Assembly: GCF_009914755.1 (NCBI RefSeq)
Contig: NC_060925.1
DNA from: the human T2T-CHM13v2.0 reference genome, Homo sapiens
DNA: 64,000 nucleotides
Direction: 5' to 3' (one strand)
Shown: positions 53,031-64,000 of the stretch, piece by piece
Numbering within the stretch: the first letter of the stretch is position 1
Layout: every line of letters starts with the position of its first letter
The notes under the pieces: model-generated
The model's input: the letters and a program-made list of their open reading frames with translations, nothing else
Databases searched by the model: none
Told to the model about the DNA's origin: nothing
Made by a program: the position numbers and the translations under genes

Positions 53031-54444
53031 ACAAAGATAGAAGGAAAGGAGAGATGAAGGTGGGGGAAGAAAGGACTCAGAAGAAACTGGAAAAAAGAGA
53101 AAGAGGGAGGAGAGAAGGAGGAAAGAAGGGAAGGAAAGAGGAAGAAAGAGATGGGGAGAGAGCTAGAGAGGGAGAAACGGGGAAAGGAGTGGACCTCATG
53201 AACCGGCTTTTTTGCATCTTCCATGGGAATCTATTTGTGCCAGGTGTTGCTCCTGAAAACCTAAGAATCCCTGCCTGGGGAGACACCCAGGAGGCAGTAC
53301 AGGTCACAAGTGGGAGCACCGTACCATAAAGCATGCACCTAGAGAAGGCGCTGTTGTATCAAGGGGCCCCTAAGCCAACCCTGATGCACCCACGTGCCAG
53401 GCTCCAGCAAAACCCCTGGGTTTGAGCTCCACTTAGTCTCTGTGCTCTACTCGATATTCCAGTCTTCTCTCCTTCAGCCCTGACCCTGACCCTTGAACAA
53501 GCACTCCTCTGGCCTTCAAAAGCATCCTGCCTTTCTTTAATCTTCTAACTTGCATTAAAACCCCATGGAACATTCTCTTAGTTCTGGCTCCCTCCCTGAT
53601 TCCCCAGTCACGCTGATCTTAGGATATAAAAATTGTAAATGTGGCTGTAATGTAAACGATTTCAAACTGATTGCTAAGTCACTGTTTCCTATACTGTCTA
53701 CATGCACTAAAGTGAGACTCATGACTTATTTTCAGACAATGGAAGTAAGAAATTGTGACCTAAGCCTGGACCCTCATTATAAAATGTGAGCTAGATGGAA
53801 AAATCAAGTGCTTTTTCTATTTACTCATAAGTTTCTAGAGTCATGTTTCTCCAATGTGCCAGGTCATCAGAGCTAAAGGAATTACGGTATGTGTACAGGT
53901 CTTGTCCCTTGGTTCACAGTTCTGGTCCACTAGTTGGATGCTGGGAGCAGCCCCACATCACAGACCCCACACACTTTGAAAATCTGCAGGCTTTTTCACA
54001 GTCAGCATCTTGAGCCTGAGTATACACCCAGCAGGACCTCCCGGAGATGGATCCTGTTCCCCTGTCCTGCACATAGGCCACCAGGGGCATAGCAAACTCC
54101 TATGGCATCAATGAATGAATGAAGAAATAAATGGAGGAGTGAATGAATGAATGAATGAATGTGTGTGAACAAGTAAGTAAATGAATGAGTTACTGAATAA
54201 ATAATGAGTGAATCAGGGACTGGGGAAGACATACTGAGCACCAGAACACAGTGCAGTTGTCCAGGGGGCGTGATTACAAGACCAGCCTTTGGAAAGCTGC
54301 ACTCACTGTCTTTGTAAGCCCTTTGTTTTTCCTTTACAAGTAGGATCTGCCCTTTGGAAAGACATTTAAAGTTTAGAATGAGAGACAAGCACATTGTCCC
54401 TTTCTCTTGAATGTAAACCAGTCAAGACTTTATTATCATTTTCT

Positions 54445-54739
54445 TTGTTTATTTTGGAGATGGAGTCTCACTCTGTCACCCAGGCTGGAGTGCCGTGGCG
54501 TAATCTCGGCTCACTGCAACCTCCACCTCCTGAGTTCAAGCGATTCTCCCGCCTCTCAGCCTCCCGAGTAGCTGGGACTGCCGGCGTGCACCACCACGCC
54601 CGGCTAATTTTTGTATTTTTAGTAGAGACAGGGTTTCACCATATTGGCCAGGCTGATCTTGAACTCCTGACCTCAAGAGATCCATCACCTCGGCCTCCCA
54701 AAGTACTGAGATTACAGGCATGAGCCACCGTGCCTGGCC
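54445..54739 (-). mobile_element. AluS (Sx/Sz-like)
   Basis: Full dimer; TSD core atcattttct. Confidence 0.95.
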
Positions 54740-54835
54740 AGATCATTTTCTATTTTAAACCTTCAAGAACAACTTCATATTTGAAGACCAGGACGGTTTG
54801 CAGCCAAGGTATCCAGTGAAGACTTGGGGTCCTGA

Positions 54836-55221
<386 letters not shown>

Positions 55222-55579
55222 TGAGTTTCTAAGTGCTCCATGTAAGAGGAAAATCATTACCCAGGTCCTTTCCTCTAGCTTTTCCCTTTGGGTGACACTC
55301 AGTACCTGGCTTTGTTTTATTTTGTTGTTGCTTTGTTTTGTTTTTTTGTTTGTTTCTTTCTTTGTTTGTTTTAGGGAAAAAGGCATTCAATAAATGGTGG
55401 CTATATGCCATTCATCTGTAAAATGACAGGCTGGATCCCTAAATCCATGAATTCCATACCACCTCCTCATGGTACTTATCATAGTTGCAGTTTTACATTT
55501 ACATGTGAGAATGCTTGATTAAAGTCTGGTTGGTTAACAGCATGAATTAAATTCATCTCTATCTCTTCTATACTGTCTA

Positions 55580-55755
55580 CTTCTATACTGTGTGACCTTG
55601 GGCAACTTACTTAACTTCTCTGTGCCTCAATTTCCTCACCTGTAAAAAGGATAATAGTAGCTACCTTATGGGATTGTTGTGAGTGTTAATTGAAATAATT
55701 CAACAAATGCAGTTTGAACAGTGTGTGGCACATAGAGGTAACAAAGGCTTTCATT
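55580..55755 (+). mobile_element. MIR
   Basis: Near-consensus core 'tgtgaccttgggcaacttacttaacttctctgtgcctcaatttcctcacctgtaaaa'. Confidence 0.9.
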
Positions 55756-56565
55756 ATTTTAATAGTTTATTTTTTAGGAAAAACTATAGAGTCACAATAA
55801 TTTTTCCTCGGAATTTGGTAAATATTTTCCACTATGTTTGAGCACAATTTGAAGATAAATCGGACAATAGTCCAATCCTCTTTTCTTGTTGGTTTTTCTG
55901 ACTCTTCCTTTTAGGATAGTCTTCCAAGTTCTAAGCTTCCTTTAATGTTTTCTCCCAACCCTTGGTGAATATTTTTATTTGAAGATGTATAGTTTTTCAA
56001 CTCAAGGACAGGACATTTTCTTTTAGTGTTTCTTTTATTATAATTTCACCTCGATAAAGTCCCCTCCTTCTGGGACTTCCTTTATATGGAGGTAGCCTCT
56101 CTGGATCTGGCCCTCATGCTATTTTGCTTACATTTCCCTGATCTCTCTAAAATTCTTTTCTTTTCCCTCAGCATTTTTGTTGCACCTCCTCATACCTTCT
56201 TCTGAGTTTTGGGAGAATTTCTCAAGTAAGTTTACTGATTATTCAGGTTGGTTTTTGAAGTATCCATTCTGCTATATATGGCCTCTATGGGGTGCTTTAA
56301 TTTGAAAATCATGCCTTTCCTTTCTAAGACTTCTTTATTGTTTTCAGATTGATCTTTTTTGTTTTAATACTTTAAGTTCTATGGTACATGTGCACAATGT
56401 GCAGGTTTGATACATAGGTATACATGTGCCAAATTGGTTTGCTGCACCTATCAACTCATCATTTACATTAGGTATTTCTCCTAATGCTATCCCTCCCCCA
56501 GCCCCCCACCCCAACAGGCCCCAGTGTGTGATGGTCCCCGCCCTATGTCCAAGTGATCTCATTGT

Positions 56566-60401
<3,836 letters not shown>

Positions 60402-60464
60402 TATGATGTTTGCTGGTTATTTTGCCCATTAATTGATGCAGTTTCTTCATAGCATTGATGGTGT

Positions 60465-61503
60465 TTACAATTTGGCATGCTTTTGCTGTGGCTGGTACCA
60501 GTTGTTTCTTTCCATGTTTAGTGCTTCCTTCAAAGCTCTTGTGAGGCAGGCCTGGTGGTGACAAAATTTCTCAGCATTTTCTTGTCTGTAAAAGATTTTA
60601 TTTCTCCTTCACTTATGAAGCTTAGTTTGGCTGGATATGAAATTCTGGGTTGAATATTCTTTTCTTTAAAAATGTTCGATATTGGCCCCCACTCTATTCT
60701 GGATAGAGAAACTAGGGTTTCTGCCGAGAGATCTGCTGTTAGTCTGATGGGCTTCCCTTTGCGGGTAACCCGACCTTTCTCTCTGGCTGCCCTTAACACT
60801 TTTTTCTTCATTTGAACCTTGGTGAATCTGACAATTATGTGTCTTGGGGTTGCTCTTCTCAAGGAGTATCTTTGTGGTGTTCTCTGTATTTCCTGAATTT
60901 GAATGTTGGCCTGCCTTGCTAGGTTGGGGAAGTTCTCTTGGATAACATCCTGAAGAGTGTTTTCCAGCTTGGTTCCATTCTCCCCATCACTTTCAAGTAC
61001 ACCAATCAAATGTAGATTTGGTCTTTTCACATAGTCCCATATTCCTTGGAGGCTTTGATCATTTCTTTTTATTCTCTTTTCTCTAAACTTCTCTTCTCAC
61101 TTTATTTCATTAATTTGATCTTCAATCACTGACATCTTTTCTTCCACTTGATCAAATTGGCTATTGAAGCTTATACATGCATCACAAAGTTCTTGTGCCA
61201 TGTTTTTCAGCTCCATCAGGTCATTTAAGGTCTTCTCTACACTGTTTATTCTAGTTAGCCATTCATCTAATCTTTTTTCTTTTTTCCAAGGTTTTTAGCT
61301 TCCTTGCAATGGGTTCTAACATCCTCCTTTAGCTTGGAGAAGTTTGTTATTACCGACCTTCTGAAGCCTACATCTGTCAACTTGTCAAAGTCATTCTCTG
61401 TCTAGCTTTGTTCCATTGCTGGCGAGGAGCTGTGATCCTTTGGAGGACAAGAGGTGCTCTGGTTTTTAGAATTTTCAGCTTTTCTGCTCTGGTTTCTTCC
61501 CAT
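60465..61503 (-). pseudogene. Disrupted L1 ORF1
   Basis: Starts MGRNQSRKAENSKNQS at 61503; ORF-track fragment 'RPNLHLIGV...PRISYPAKLSF'; frameshifted. Confidence 0.9.
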
Positions 61504-62106
61504 CTTTGTGGTTTTATCTACCTTTGGTCTTTGATGTTGGTGACCTAGAGATGGGGTTTTGGTGTAGATTACCTTTTTGTTGATGTTGATGCTATTCCTT
61601 TCTGTTTGTTAGTTTTCCTTCTGTCAGGACCCTCAGTTGCAGGTCTGTTGGAGTTTGCTGGAGGTCTACTCCAGACCCTGTTTGCCTGGGTATCACCAGC
61701 GGAGGCTGCAGGACAGCAAATATTGCAGAACAGCAAATTTGATTTAAATTGCTGCCTGATCCTTCCTCTGGAAGCTTCGTCCCAGAGGGGCAGCCACCTA
61801 TATGAGGTGTCTGTTGGCCCCTACTGGGAGGTGTCTCCCAGTTAGGCTACACAGGGGTCAGGGATGCACTTGAGGAGGCAGTCTGTCCATTTTCAGAGCT
61901 CAAACACCGTGCTGAAAGAACCACTGCTTTCTTCAGAGCTGTCAGACAGGGAAGTTTAAGTCTGCAGAAGTTGTCTGCTGCCTTTTGTTCAGCTATGCCC
62001 TGCCCACAGAGGTGGAGTCTAGAGGCAGTAGGTCTTGTTGAGCTGTGGTGGGCTCTGCCCAATTCAAGCTTCCCGGCCACTTTGTTTACCTACTCAAGCC
62101 TCAGCA

Positions 62107-62439
62107 ATGGTGGACACCCCTCCCCCAGCCAGGCTGCTGCCTTGCAGATTGATCTCAGACTGCTGCGCTAGCAGTGAGCAAGGCTCTGTGGGTGTGGGAC
62201 CCACTGAGCCAGGCACAGGAGAGAATCACCTTGTCTGCTGGTTGCTAAGACCTTGGGAAAAGTGCAGTATTTGGGTGGGGAGTGTCCCGTTTTTCCAGGT
62301 GGTCTGTCACAGCTTCCCTTGGCTAGGAAAGGGAAATACTCCAACCCCTTGCACTTCCCAGGTGAGGCAACACCCCCCTCACTCCCCGCTTCAGCTTGCC
62401 CTCCATGGGCTGCACCCACTGTCCAACCAGTGCCAGTGA
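62107..62439 (+). other. L1 antisense ORF0-like open frame (110 codons)
   Basis: gcaATGG context; MVDTPPPARLLPCRLISDCCASSEQGSVGVGPTEPG resembles L1HS ORF0 as I recall it (MAGAPPPASLPPCSLISDCCASNQRDSVGVGPSEPG). Confidence 0.7.
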
Positions 62440-62869
62440 GATGAACCAGGTACTTCAGTTGCAAATGCAGAAATCACCCATCTTCTGCGTAGATCATGCT
62501 GGGAGCTGCAGACTGGAGCTGTTCCTATTCGGCCATCTTGGCAACTCCCCCCAAGATTGATCTTTTTAAATCAACCTTACAGCACTTCAAATCTCACTAA
62601 AAGTACAATTAAGAGGGCTTTTTAAAGTTCTTTCTTATTTCCTGAAGAAACTTTTGCTGGATATAGTTTGTGCTGTATGTTTTACATTGGTTCCTCAGTC
62701 CTTCTCTTTAAATTGCTAAGTCTTTTCATAGTGCCAGCAGCTTTTCACCATTTGCTCATACTTGTTGATGAGGTTTAGAGATGGTTTACTCTGGATAATC
62801 TGTTGGTGATTAGTAAGTCACTGTACCTTCCTCTACTACTGACTGAGGGCAGCCAGCAGTTAGGGCTTA

Positions 62870-63360
62870 TGAATTAGAATTAGTTTCAGCTACAAGTGAC
62901 AGCAAATGTAAACAGTGCTTTAAATAAGATATAACTTTATTTCTCTTTCAGGCAAAAGAAACCCAGAGGTTATCAATCTCAGGTTGATAGGATGTTTCAC
63001 AGTGTCAGGGGCTCTGGCTCATTCAATCTTATTGCTCCACCTTCCTCAGCATACGGTCTTGGACTGCATGGTTCAAAATGGATGCTCAAGCTCCAGCCAT
63101 CAAGTCTATATTCCAGTCAGCAGTAGGAAGATGGGGAAAGATCACACATCCTCCCTTTAAGAACCACTTTCTGGAAACGACCCTCACCATTTCTACTTAT
63201 ATTCTAGTGATTAGAACTCAATCCTATGACCATACCTAGCTGCCAGGGAGGCTAGACAATATTCTCTGTATTCTGGGTAGCCACTTGATCAGCTAAACGT
63301 TCTATTGCTATGAAACAAGAAGAGAATGGATGTTAGGGAACAACTTGAAATTTCTGACAT
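62870..63360 (-). mobile_element. MLT1J-like MaLR solo LTR
   Basis: 'aaaatggatgctcaagctccagccatcaagtctatattccag', 'cctagctgccagggaggctag'. Confidence 0.8.
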
Positions 63361-63729
63361 GGAACTTTTCCTTTATCTGTTTCCATCTGTTCCACTCTGA
63401 TCCAAGAAGAATTAGGGGCCGGGGGGCAGAGTGGGAATTGCTTCACTCAATGGATAGCAGAGAGAGCAGTCCGTGCTTGCCTCCATCTATACTCATGCTC
63501 TCCTCTTCCTTTGTTTATTGCCAAAATCTGCAGAGATTTCAGATGGGTGGGTGAGATCTCTTTGTGGTTTTCAGCACTTACATAGGATTTCCCTGTTCCT
63601 TGGTTTTATCACTTCAGCAGGAATGATGAGAAGAAATCAAATTGGAGAATTTAGTTGGTACCTTGGTTCAAGAGCCTAAACACAAATTTGACCCTAAGAG
63701 TCCTCTGTTTAAAATCCTGCCCTCCATAG

Positions 63730-64000
63730 CACATGAAAAGATGTCAATATCATTAGTCATTAGGGAAATGCAGATTAAAAGACAACAAGATAACACTGCA
63801 AACCCACCAGAATGGCTAAAATTACAAGGATATGAAGCTCCTGGAATTCTCATACATTGCTGGTAGGAGCTCAAAAATCTTACTACATCAGAAAAAAAGA
63901 GATTGGTACAACTTAAACATATGCTTATCATATGGCCCAGCAATTCCACTTCTAGATATTTGTCCAAGGGGAATGAAAATATGTCCACACAGAGATTTGT
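63730..64000 (+). mobile_element. L1M ORF2 C-terminal fragment running off the window
   Basis: 'cattagtcattagggaaatgcagattaaa', 'cccagcaattccacttctag'. Confidence 0.8.

Overview
Catarrhine primate (probably human or great ape) non-coding genomic DNA, judged from AluJ/S/Y and L1PA elements. I recognise no protein-coding exon, RNA gene or CRISPR array. The only ORF-track entries I recognise as real proteins are LINE-1 ORF1/ORF2/ORF0 remnants. A large part of the window is transposon-derived: 15 Alu/FLAM copies, many MIR/L2/L3 relics, MaLR and ERV solo LTRs, MER20/MER3/Kanga-type DNA transposons, and one full-length ~6.2 kb L1PA6/7-like element with a perfect 14-bp TSD. The non-repeat part holds an orphan CpG island (~5.58-6.13 kb) and several unique blocks dense in developmental TF motifs, best at 29.1-29.3, 41.2-41.5 and 44.1-44.4 kb. 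This suggests a gene-desert or large-intron enhancer landscape (inference). Structural oddities: a nested ~220-bp palindrome inside an old L1, a dispersed 73-bp duplication, a G4 insert in MER20, a Z-DNA tract, and an open ORF0-like frame in the L1 5'UTR. I found no convincing new biological system. Repeat subfamily names come from recalled consensus features, motif calls are by eye, and both need RepeatMasker/Dfam and conservation checks.
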